In this document: one piece after another, positions 48,735 through 60,294 of the stretch | How positions within the stretch are numbered: the stretch's first letter is position 1 | How the letters are laid out: each line of letters opens with the position of its first letter | Assembly (NCBI RefSeq): GCF_044704955.1 | Contig: NC_091979.1 | Span: 109,926,001 to 109,990,000, forward strand | Direction: 5' to 3' | Origin: Pristiophorus japonicus | Lineage: Eukaryota | DNA: 64,000 nt | The notes under the pieces: generated by a model | What the model was told of the DNA's origin: nothing | Database searches by the model: none | The model's input: only the letters and a program-made list of their open reading frames with translations | Program-made: the position numbers and the translations under genes

Positions 48735-50870
48735 TCGGGATCATGGCACCAAGGTAGTCCTTGTCTCATTACAGCTGGCTCGTGGCAGGGAGTCGCTGCT
48801 GGCTGTGTCTCTGGGCTCCTGGGCACTTAGACTCGCTTCCCATGTTCCACTGGCATGCTGCTCTGAGGATAAAAGCTGGAGTATGGCGTGTGCTGTTGTC
48901 TTCAGAGAAGGCAATATCAGATTTCCACTGGGCCCTAGATCTGTGGTCCCACTGACCACTCGGACAACTGGTCTAATAGCAGCTAGTAGATCCTGAAAGC
49001 CCCGAAACACAACATTGGACACGGTCTGAAAGTCTGGAAGTCACAATCCATGCTGTGCTCCAATCAGTTCTGTGTTGTCTCCAGAGCTGTAGTCTGTGCT
49101 TCCATGAAGGTAGAGGCCCCAATTGATCCTTGGTTGCCTTTTATCCGGGAACCTGCTGCAGAATTCAAATCAGTTGCTATTTCCTGCATTGGCTTCCGCA
49201 AGGAAAACAAAGCTTCTGAGATATTGCCGCAAAGCAGGGCCGTACACTGTAATGTCACACCTGTCAGTTGCCGCACATCCTGGGACATTGTCCTCAGAGC
49301 TTGCACATATGTATGACATTCCTCAGATATCCTTCTTTTCAAGTGATTGCCCATGACTTCTGAGTCCCACAACTCTGAAGCCATAGGTTGCCTTTTTCTT
49401 ACCTCCACTGGGAAACAGATACCTTATTTGCCACTTCTCCCTCCTCTGGGTCCTCCCTCTCAGAATACAATCACCTCACTTGAAGTATCTAATTCCACCA
49501 AGGTGAAAGTGTTCAATTGTGTGCCTGGGAGAGTGGAAGTAAGTGCTAAAGGAGGTATTTTGCAGGGAGTTGGAACAGAGCTAATTGGTGCGGACTTAAT
49601 CAGATGGAAGTGCGGCCTCGGCTGGTCTTCTCTCTCCTTATCATTATACACAACAAGGAGGAATAAAGGCCCTGTCCTCCTCCTCCTCAACATCATCTTC
49701 CTCCAGTTGACCCCCGCATTGCTATGGTGGACTTGCAGGAATTATGTCAGCAAGCAAAAATAGGTGAGCATGACCCCTTCGGATAAAGGAGACGTAGAAA
49801 GTGGGTGGAAGGCTGTGTGTGTGTGGAGCTATAGAGGGCTTCCAGGGCAACATTATAGCGGTTCAGCTGTTAACCGGCAGCTGACCTCAGCATCTGGCAC
49901 AGCCCCATGCGTGCCCATGATCTGCATGGCCATTTCCTTCTGGGGTTGAGAGGTTTGCAGATGGGGATGCCCCTTCCAGTGGCTTGCCTTTGTTGGGAAT
50001 TGTGTGCCGCCTTCTCCTGCAAGGAGATAAGTAAATTAGGGCAAGATTGTGTGTGGCATGTGGCATGGGAGGGTTGAAGACATGTGAGGGTGTTGCAGTG
50101 GAGAACAATGGGGAATTTGGGAATATGCAATGCAGTTGCTGTGTGTTAGGGGAGCTATGTAGTCACCATGTAGGATAAGGAGATAGAAGCGCCCTTAACC
50201 TGAGTGCAGTATGAAGGGTTAGTTGGGTAAGTGTTGCTTTAAGAGGGTGATGAATGTGATGGCGTCCAGGGAGAGTATGGTGAATGTGTTATCCTGGTTA
50301 ACAACTTGCATTTATATAGCGCCTTTAACATAGTAAAACATGCCACGGTTAAGTTGGCACAGTTCTGTAGTCCTGGAAGTGAGGGAGTTAGCAGTCAGTG
50401 CCAGTGCCACCACCCTCCAGGTAGCTCTACGGACATATCAGCAGTTCCAGGAGTCTGTGTCTCTTGACTTAAACCTTATCCAGTAGAGTTTGTTGGACTT
50501 CATTAAAGAAGTTCTGGGTCAGTCCTGTCTGTAGTCCTGTCCTCTGGGCACAGCTGGCATTTGACTGGTCATAATGCTGCCAAAATGTAATCAGGATATT
50601 GGTGAGAAATGCACTGAAGAAATTTGAGAGACACTGAAAGAGAATTAGTGTTTGTAACTTACCTGGTTGTCTGCCAGAGTGTTTCTGAAGAATGCAGACT
50701 GAACAACGCATTTAAATGGCGGTAAAGAAATATCCTGGATGATCAGCTGCTTACATCTATTTTACATGGGTTTTACACCAATACCAACATGAATAGATAT
50801 GCAAATGAGCATGCCCAGGATCTCCCTTTTGAGGCCAGTGACAGACATTTTTTTCAGGCATACAAATCAT
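48735..50870 (-). mobile_element. Old Harbinger-like element, remnant of the Myb/SANT partner gene
   Basis: An acceptor followed by EKAAHNSQQRQATGRG (about 50020-49960) parallels RKVTHNKRERT.TEGG of Harbinger 2 exon 2. An acidic exon starts after a CAG near 49735. Confidence 0.55.
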
Positions 50871-50873
50871 TAG

Positions 50874-53656
50874 GGCCCTGAATTCGTGGTCAGTATGATG
50901 ACGGCCGGCATACCACCTTTGAAATTCGGGATTTCGACAAGGGCTTGCGCTAAATCCCGAACTTGCGATCTGTGAAGTTCCGACTCCGCATTGGCTTCAC
51001 TGCACGTTTCATCTACCCATTGAAATCACCGTGCTGGCAAAAAGTTGGGCTAATTGCCCACCTTCTGTGCATTGATTAGCCTGAAATTTTTTACGGCTGG
51101 TGCAAACAGGCATAGGAACCTGTCGCTCAGCAGAAGGGGAGGGGGTGAGAAAATTGCATTATGCTGCAGCCCATATAAAGCATCCAAATCGAGTTTTATT
51201 GTTATAAGGACACCTTCAGTAAAAAGTATCACAAAACTTTTCAGTGTTTGATCGAATTGTATTAATGTTGAAATCTTGGTTTGTATATTAAAGACTATTG
51301 CAATTATCGTAATTTATTAATAAAATAGAATATCTGGGCTGCTAAATTATTTAAAATGAATTGTGAGCAAACTCGCAATCTCCTCTGGTTCCTGATTGGC
51401 TAAGAGTCAAGAAATGAAAGGAGCATCATCCCACATGATCCCAGGTTCGCATACACACAAGGTGCGCCTCTGGGATCCTTCGGCTACTACACTGTGTACA
51501 ACTCTGCAGCATTTGAAAGAAACTTTTCGCTTGGGGCTCCGCACAAGCTAAGTGCAGATTTTGTTCAGATAGTTCATTTGGAGATTTTGTTCTCAAAGTT
51601 AAAGCACATGGAATAAAAGGGACAGTGGCGGCATGGATACAAAATTGGTTAATGACAGGAAACAGACAGAAGTGATGAACGGTTGTTTTTGGATTGGAGG
51701 AAGGTATACAGTGGTGTTCCCCAGGGGTCAGTACGAGGACCACTGTTTTTCTTGATGTATATTAATGACTTGGGTGTACAGGCACAATTTCAAAATTTGC
51801 AGATGACATAAAACTTGGAAGTATAATAAACAGTGAGGAGGATAGTGATAGATGTCAAGAGGATATAGACAGGCTGGTGTAATGGGCGGACACGTGACAG
51901 ATTAAATTTAATGTAGAAAAGTGCGAAGTGATACATTTTGGTAAAAAGAGGAAATATAAGCTAAAGGGTACAATCCTAAAGGAGATGCATTAACAGAGAG
52001 ACCTATCGTTGAAGGTGGCAGGGCAGATTGAGAAAGCGGTTTAAAAAAAACACACGGGATCCTGGACTTTATAAATCGAGGCCAAGGAAGTTATAATGAA
52101 CCTTTATAAAACACTGGTTTGGCTACAATTGGAGTATTATGTCCAATTCTGGGCACCATACTTTAGGAAGGATGTGAAGGCTTTAGAGAGGATGCAGAAA
52201 AGATTTACAAGCATGGTTCCAGGGATGACTTGGACTTAAGTGTTGGGGGTATGATTAAGAAGTTTGCAGATGACATGAAAATAGGCTGTATGGTTGATAA
52301 TGAAGAAGAAAGAAAGGACTGCAGGAAGATATCAATGTACTGGTCAGGTGGGCAGAACAGTGGCAAATGAAATTCAATCTGGATAAGTGTGAGGTAATGC
52401 ATTTGGGGAGATCTAACAAGACAAGGGAATACACATGAAATGGTATGAGGATAAATGATATAAGTGTAGAGGAACAAAGGGACCTTGGAGTGCAGGTCCA
52501 CAGATCCCTGAAGATAGCAGGCCAGGTAGATAAGGTGGTTAAGAAAGCATATGGAATACTTGCCTTTATTAGTCGAGACATAGAATACAAGAGCAAGGAG
52601 GTTATGCTTGAACTGTATAAAACACTGGTTAGGCCGCAGCTGGAGTACTGTGTGCAGTTCTGTTCACCACATTACAGGAAAGATGTGATTGCATTGGAAC
52701 GGGTGCAGAGGAGATTTACAAGAATGTTGCCTGGACTGGAGAATTTTGGCTATGAGGAAAGTTGGAGATGCTGGGTCTGTTTTCTTTGCAACAGAGGAGG
52801 CTAAGGGGAGACCTGGTTGAAGTGTATAAAATTATGAGGAGCCTGGATAGAGTGGATAGAAAGGACCTTTTGCTTGGCAAAGGGGTCAACAACCAGGGGA
52901 CATAGAATGAAAGTAATTGCGGGGAGGTTTAGAAGAGATATGAGGGGAAATTTCTTCACCCAGAGGGTGGTGGGGGTCTGTAACTCACTGCCTGAAAGGA
53001 TGGTAGAGGCAGAAACCCTTACCACATTTAAAAGATACTTGGATGAGCACTTAAAGTGCCGTAACCTACAGGGCTACGGACCAAGAGCTGGAAAGTGATA
53101 TTAGGCTAGATAGCTCTTGGTCGGCCGGCGCAGACATGATGGGCCGAAATGACCTCCTTCTGTGCTGTAAATTTCTATGATTCTATGAGGGACTTTAGTT
53201 ACATTGATAGACTGGAGAAGTTGGGGTTGTTCTCCTTACAGCAGAGAAGATTGAGAAGAGATTTGATAGAGTTGTTCAAAATCATGAGGGGTCTAGACAG
53301 AGTAGATAGATATAAACTGTTCCCATTGGCAGAAGGGTCGAGAACCAGAGGACACAGATTTAAGGTGATTGGCATGGGGAAAAATATTTTTATGCAACGA
53401 GTGGTTATGATCTGGAATGCACTGCCTGATGGAGACAGATTCAATTGTGGTTTTCAAAAGGGAATTGAATAAGCACCTGAAGGAAAAACAATTGCAGGAC
53501 TACGGGGAAAGGGCAAGGGTGGGGGACTAGCTGAATTGCTCTTGCAGAGAGCCAGCACAAGCTCGACGGGCCGAATGGCCTTCTGCTGTGCTGTAATGAT
53601 TCTATGATATTGGCGGCGTACTCCTTAGCTAGCTTGCCGACCGCAAGTTCAGGGCC
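50874..53656. mobile_element. TIR element (Harbinger-like) filled with nested CR1 fragments
   Basis: Imperfect TIR GGCCCTGAATTCGTGGTC / GACCGCAAGTTCAGGGCC. No clear TSD. Confidence 0.55.
51585..53607 (+). mobile_element. Nested CR1 fragments (outer 51585-52225 plus 53186-53607; inner ~52226-53185)
   Basis: Two successive FADD..RPQLEYCVQF blocks and two tails (TTTCTATGATTCTATGA). Confidence 0.85.
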
Positions 53657-56306
53657 AATGTTGCAGGTCTGATTTCTGGTCTGTGCTCTTGTATTACACT
53701 GGGCAGTAGAGAGGGACACTACCAATGCCTTTAGTGTCTCTGATCGAGGGAGTGGAAAATAAATTAGCCGAGGTTCTTACTTCTGACCACTATCCAGTGA
53801 CCTCTGTTGAAAAGCATGTGAACAGCATTAGGCTCAGTCGTTGATGCTCTCCACCTTTAAATAGTGCATCAATTCTTAATGTCATGGCTCACATATTAAG
53901 ATTGGTCATATTGGAAAGGTACTGGGAAACTGGCAGCTGATGGAAACATTTGCCAGAAAAAGTCAGTACTTTTAGGGAAGGAGAAGAGAAAGAAAAAATG
54001 GGTTTAATTTTATACAGAGTTGAGCTTAACTGTACTCACCAAGTTATAATGACTCCAAATTACAAGTATGTCTAGCAATTAGATTTACTACTTCTGACCA
54101 ATCCAAAAATTCTACAGTATTCCTAACCTAAATAAGCTACTAAGTAACACACAAATCATTACCAATAGCTTGAATAAGGATAGTTTACCAACTAAATTAA
54201 ATAAAGTGCAAATTGCGTAGCCACTCTACCGATGAACACTTGGGAGTAGTGCTGATTCCCAAAGGTAAGGAAAGATGCCAAGCTCGAAGAGAGGAACAAT
54301 CTAATGCTACGTGACAGAGTGGAAACAATTGATAAAAACTTAAATCAGATGAATAAGGCAATGTGATGAATTTAACAGCACACTGAAATGAGCAGTGGTG
54401 GTGGTTATTGACAGGTACATTATTTAACTGAGGTTCATAAGGCCACCTGTGCATGTCATTATTTGAACCTCAAGAGAGAATTGAAAATTAAAAACAGCTG
54501 AGCTGAACAGACACCACATTTTAGTTTGTTTTAAATAAAGGCCTTTCTGCACTTGTTTAAATCTTACTGAAGCAGTGGATCAAAAAATTGAGAATGCTGT
54601 TTTATCTGGGAACAATCTTTTCATGTTGTTGTTTTTAATGGAGTGAAGCAGACTCAATATACAGCTAAATTTCGAGTACACACTGGTGGTGAGGAGTTTC
54701 AACCACTTTGAGCAGATATCAGAAATCAGGGACAATGCACCCACAATTTTTTGATATGTGAGCTCAGAAAATTACAGCAATGATGTATCAGTTAGAGCAC
54801 AATTATACTCCAATCTAAATTCCAAATCATGGCATTCTTTGAAAAGACAAGTACTTAGTCAGCAATGAAAACACAAGAACATAAGAAATAGGAGCAGGAG
54901 TAGACCATATCTCCCCTCAAGCCTGCTCCACCATACAATATCATGGCTGATCATCGACTTCAACTCCACTTTCCCGCCCGATCACCATATCCCTTGATTC
55001 CCCCAGGCTCCAAAAATCTATCTATCTTAGCCTTGAATATATTCAGAGACTCAGCAATCACAGCCCTCTGGGGCAAATAATTCCAAAGATTCACAACCTT
55101 CTGAGTGAAGAAATTCCTCCTCATCTCTGTCTTAAATGGCCTACCCCTTAAACTGAAACTGTGTCCCCTAGTTCTAGACACTCCAGCGAGGAGAAACAAC
55201 CTCTCGGCATCTACCCTGCCAATCCCCTTCAGAATCTTGTATATTCAATATCACTTCTCATTCTTCTAAACTCCAGAGAGTATAGGCCCATTCTACATAA
55301 TCTCTCATCATAATACGGCCCTCTCATCCCAGGAATGAATCTAGTGAACCTCCAATGCACCGCCTCCAAGGCAAGTATATCCTTCCTTAAATAAGGAGAA
55401 CAAAACTGCACAGTACTCCAGGTGTGGTCTCACCAAAGCCCTGTACAATTGCAACATGACTTCCTTACTCTTATACTCCAAACCCCTTGCAAGAAAGGAC
55501 AACATGCCATTTGCCTTCCTTATTGCTTGCTATAGTTGCATGCTAGCTTTCTGTGTTTCCTGCATAAATCTCTCTGAACACCAACATTTAAACATTTCTC
55601 ACCATTTAAAAAATATTCTATTTTTCTATTCTTCCGACCAAAGTGAATAACCTCACATTTCCCCACATTATACTCCATCTGCCACCTTACTGTCCCACTC
55701 ACTTAGCCTATCTATATCCCTTTGCAGATGCTTTGTGTTGACCTCACAGCTTACTGTTCCACCTAGCTTTGTTTCATCAGCAAACTTAGATATATTACAC
55801 TTGGTCTCTTCATCTAGGTAATTAATATAGATTGTAAATAGCTGAGGCTCCAGCACTGATCCTTGTGGCACCCCACTGGTTACAGCCTGTCAACCTGAAA
55901 AGGCCCCTGTATTGTATAGGGTTAATCACATAGGGTTAATTATGATATTCCGACATTTGCAGTGTGTTTTCTGCTTCATGCCTCGTGGAATGTTGTTGAT
56001 GCAGAGAGAGAGAGAGAGAGAGACCTTGATGCACACACCATCTTGTTTATGGAACGATCGGCGCCACGAGGTCTCATGCTTTGTGGAAGAACAGCTGGGG
56101 CCTTACAGATTAGGAGTTGGCCATAAGCCACATGCACCCATGTTTGTTCAATAGTATAAAGGAACGGAACTGTCCAGTAGCTCTTTGAACTTCACCTTGG
56201 ACCGTGATTCACGAGCGGTGACGGTACCCCCAAGGCTCCTGACCAGCCGTCGTTGTGGAGTTCCTGAAGGCTGTGAGTTTTGTTGCATCCTCAAAAATTC
56301 CAGTGT

Positions 56307-56378
56307 TCCCTGGTAGTCTAGTGGTTAGGATTTGGTGCTCTCACTGCCGTAACCTGGGTTTGATTCCTGGTCAGGGAA
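56307..56378 (+). pseudogene. tRNA-Glu(CTC) pseudogene
   Basis: 72 nt colinear with recalled vertebrate tRNA-Glu-CTC; 10 transitions, 8 at CpG. B box GTTCGA is changed to GTTTGA. No CCA; followed by AGCATTTT. Confidence 0.92.
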
Positions 56379-56386
56379 AGCATTTT

Positions 56387-56574
56387 CAATTCACTAAATA
56401 TATTCAAAAGGGAGTTCGATGAAGTCCTTACTACTAGGGGGATCAAGGGGTATGGCGAGAAAGCAGGAATGGGGTACTGAAGTTGCATGTTCAGCCATGA
56501 ACTCATTGAATGGCGGTGCAGGCTAGAAGGGCCGAATGGCCTGCTCCTGCACCTATTTTCTATGTTTCTATGTT
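56387..56574 (+). mobile_element. CR1 3' tail fused directly to the tRNA-Glu copy
   Basis: Nearly identical to the CR1 tail at 36460-36640; ends TTTCTATGTTTCTATGTT. Confidence 0.9.
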
Positions 56575-57262
56575 TATCATATTTCTCTTTTCTTCGTAAA
56601 CTGTATTATGTTTCTTTGCTCTCAGTAAAACGGTGTTTTATCTTTACTTCATTTATCTTGTCTCTTATTTAACATTCATCCAGATCCCGAACCTGGGTCT
56701 ATTATTATCAATCCAAAACAGACCCGTTTATCCCAATTCTCTGTTTTCTGTCTGTTAACCAATCCTCTATTCATGCTAACACATTACTCGAATCCCATTA
56801 TCCCTTATCTTGTGTAATAATCTTTTATATGGCACCTTATCGAATCCCTTTTGGAAATCCAAATATACTACATCCACTGGTTCCCCTTTATCTACTCTGC
56901 TAGTTACATCCTCAAAAACTCCAATAAATTTATCAAGCATGATTTCCCTTTCATAAAAGCATGTTAACTCTACCTAATCATGTTATGATTTTCTAAGTAC
57001 CCCGATACCAGTTCCTTAACAATGGATTCCAGCATTTTCCCAATGACTGATGTCAGGCTAACTGGTCTGTAGTTCCCTGTTTTCTCTCTCCCTCCTTTCT
57101 TGAATAGCGGTGTTACATTTGCTACTTTCCAATCCGCTGGGACTGTTCCGAATCTTGGGAATTTTGAAAGATCAAAACCAATGCATCCACTATCTCTGCA
57201 GCTATCTCTTTTAGAACCCTAGGCCATCAGGTCCAGGAGATTTGTCGGCTTTTAGTCCCGTT

Positions 57263-57907
57263 GGGCCTGAAATTCCGGCTTTTCTGATCTGTTAACTTCT
57301 GGCTTGACAGATCCAACGCATCTCGGCAGCCAGGACATTTGCATGGGCAAGGTTGCATTATTTGCCCATCACTTGCCCAGCGAATGTCCTTAAAACCCTT
57401 GCGCCTGGTAAAGCAGGTGTATAGCCTACCTTTATTAGCATAACAGTTTTAAAACATATAAAAAACATATTAAAATAAAATTTAAAATCACATTTTTCTG
57501 TTAAAAACTCTGCCCACTAAGGTAAGCTTATTTTAAACCCTAATTATAAAACTTTTTAAAAAATCCAAAAAATATATATTTTTCTAACACATTTATTAAC
57601 TTTAATTTAAATTAATGTGATTTTTTTTCTATTTTTTATTTGTGTTTTGGTGCTGTAGGGTGTTACTCATTCATAATGAGATCACCTACTTACAGAGTTC
57701 CCATTATTATGAATGAGAATACTTTACCTTGATTGCCACGTGACTCCAGCTTTTCCCTGCACATCTCCAAGACGGGAACGCGCTCCGATGCACAAGTAGA
57801 GGAAGTCTCCAACTGGGATCGCTGGAGGGTGCAGCAACAAAAGGTAGGTGCGGATCTTTTTTACTGGTGAGTGTCCGTGGGAAGCCCAGCACCGGGATTT
57901 AAGGCCC
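57263..57907. mobile_element. Harbinger-type MITE, 645 bp
   Basis: TIR GGGCCTGAAATTCCGG / CCGGGATTTAAGGCCC, flanks GTT/ATT. The host CR1 is restored on removal. Confidence 0.85.
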
Positions 57908-59327
57908 ATTAATTTCTCTAGTACTTTTTCTCTACTTATATTAATTACATTAAGTTCCTCACCCTCATTAGACCCTTGGTCCTCTACAATTTTAGATATG
58001 CTTTTTGCATCTTCTACTGTGAAAACAGATACAAAATATTTGCTTAACATTTCTGCCATTTCCTGATTCGTCATAATTTCTCCTGCCTCATCCTCTCAGG
58101 GACCAATGTTTACTTTTGCTACTCTCTTCCTTGTTACATACTTGTAAAAGTTTTTATAATCTGTTTTTATATTTCTTGCTAGTTTTCTCGCATAGTCTAT
58201 TTTTTCCCTTTTAATCAATTTTTTGGTCATCCTTTGCTGGTTTCTGAAACTCCCAATCCTCAGGCTTACTACTATTCTTCGCAACATTATAAGCTTCTCC
58301 TTTCAATCTAATGCTATCCTTAACTTCTTTAGTTAGCATGGATGGATCACATTTCCTGTGGAGTTTTTGTTTCTCAAAGGAATGTATTTTTGTTGAGAAT
58401 TATGAAGTATTTCTTTAAATGCAAGCCACTGCTTGTCTACTGCCATACCTTTTAATCTATTTTTTTTAATCTACCTTAGCTAGCTTGCCCTTCGTACCGA
58501 TGTAATTGGCTTTATTTAAGTTTAAGGGCTCAATTTTTCCCAGTTATCTGCGCCGTTGTTTTGGCATGCGCCGCCTTTTTTTTGGAGTAAATTAAAATAT
58601 CCAAGTTTCCCCAAGGTTTCTGCACCAGCGTAACTCAGTTAGTTACGAGTTTTTTAAGTTAGCATTTTTTTGCGTCATAGGGGACGTAACCTGATGTTTG
58701 CGCCAGTTTTTCAGATTTGTGCAAGTTTGGCCAACTTACATTTTTCGTAGGACGCCGTATGTGACCACGCTCAAAAAACCTTCGCACATTAAAAAATCGG
58801 CACCGAAAGACGCCTTTGCTTTTATGCAAAGTTTTGAGGGAGTCAAGAAGACACTGATTATGCATCATAAAGCTTAATTCTTTCAAACTCAAAACAGAGA
58901 AAATGTAAGTCTAATGCAATTCTTTAATTCTGGATTTTTTTCAAAGTGCCACGCCACCATTAAACATCTCCTGACCGGGCTCGAGGGTCGGAACGTCAGC
59001 CGGCAGAATCGCTCCCGAAGCCGAACTGAAGGGATGAGAAGCCTTATGCTATACAGCAGCTTCAAGGAGTGTGGAGACGTTCCGTCGGTGGTGGGGTGAT
59101 ACTTTGAAAAAAATCTAAAATTAAAGGATTGCATTAGATTTTGTTGCTCCAAATGTCCTCATTAAATGCCTAGCTTCCCGCTCTAAGCAAGCCTATTGCG
59201 CATGCACAGACCTGGGTGTGGTCCATACTTGGGGAGAGAGAGGAGAGAAGCTTTAACTCCTTGTCCTACTGTTTTGTGCTTCTTGCAAGGGTACAATTTA
59301 ATTATGGGGCAATATTGACAATACCTC

Positions 59328-59876
59328 ATGCAAGCCTTCTGCATGATGGTGCTGTGGAGGAGATGATTGATTCGACGTCATCGCATGAGGAACCTCAGAG
59401 CACGTAGGATGATGGCAGGAGGCCTTACCCACGTCGGGTATATCGAGACAGGCATTCATACCTGCAGCTGAGTGATGCAGACTACGTGAGAAGGCTGCTT
59501 TCCGCAAAGAAGTTGTAACCAAGATCTGTGAGTTAGTAAAAACAGACCTGCAACCTAGAAGCATCAGGAGGACTGCTTTGTCAGTTGAAGTGAAGGTTAC
59601 AGCTGCACTTTCATCTGAGATTGTCATTCAGTTCACTGTTGTTTGCTGCATGACTTAGCCATCATGAGGCAGCAGCAGCTGGTTGCAGAAGACCCACCTG
59701 AGGTGATAGTGGCTGATGATGAGGAGGAAAATGCAAATGAAAAGGAGGAGGAGGAGGAAGCCATGCAACTACCTGAACCCGGAGCACGACGGCGGAGGTG
59801 GGCGGGCCGTCGTGCCCCTTTAATGATTGCTCGAGCATTGTGCCAGCAGCTCATCCATGAATGCTTTGCTGCCTGA
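59328..59876 (+). pseudogene. Harbinger transposase remnant; catalytic core deleted at ~59613
   Basis: The N-terminal RRPYPRRVYR..RTALSVEVKVTAALS is joined directly to the C-terminal VVCCM..DLAIMRQ and acidic tail. Confidence 0.8.
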
Positions 59877-60294
59877 AGGCTCAGCGGCAACTATTCCGAA
59901 TGGACCATGTTTACTGTTTGGACCTGTTCCGTAATGTTCTGCTGTGTTAATGGAACAAATAATGGAAATTATTTTTCTTGAGTTCAAAAAGGTTGTGTTA
60001 ATAATGGAACAAATAATGGAAATGACTCAGTTATAATTTAAAATATATTTTATTCAAAAGTTTAACACTTGTTTGTACTTAACATAACTTTAATAAAAAT
60101 ATTCTTGTATCAAACTTTAAAGTTTTCAGTTAAGATCACTTACAAACTCTTAAGATCACTTAAAAACTTTAAGATCACTTACAAACTTTTAAACTTGTAA
60201 ATTTACATAACTTACAAAAAACTTTTAATTTGAGAACAGTTACAGCAGTAACAACAGCAAAGAAAGGCTGGACCCATCTCTCCTCCACCTTATT

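Larger units (their letters stand above)
55908..56720 (+). mobile_element. Solo LTR (about 545 bp excluding the internal insertion)
   Basis: TGTATT..AAAACA termini, 5-bp TSD GCCCC/GACCC within the CR1, TATAAA at 56155, and a polyA-like AGTAAA at 56624. Confidence 0.7.

Noticed and set aside
50655-50720. Minus-strand donor CAG|GTAAGT as an upstream MYO3B exon
   Set aside because: The translation does not resemble myosin, and it lies in Harbinger-like sequence.
53690-53960. Possible ancient SINE-like repeat
   Set aside because: Only a vague recalled resemblance, with no A/B boxes or boundaries I can support.
56307-56378. Functional tRNA-Glu gene
   Set aside because: The B box and T-loop are mutated (TTC to TTT), CpG decay is heavy, and it is embedded in repeats.
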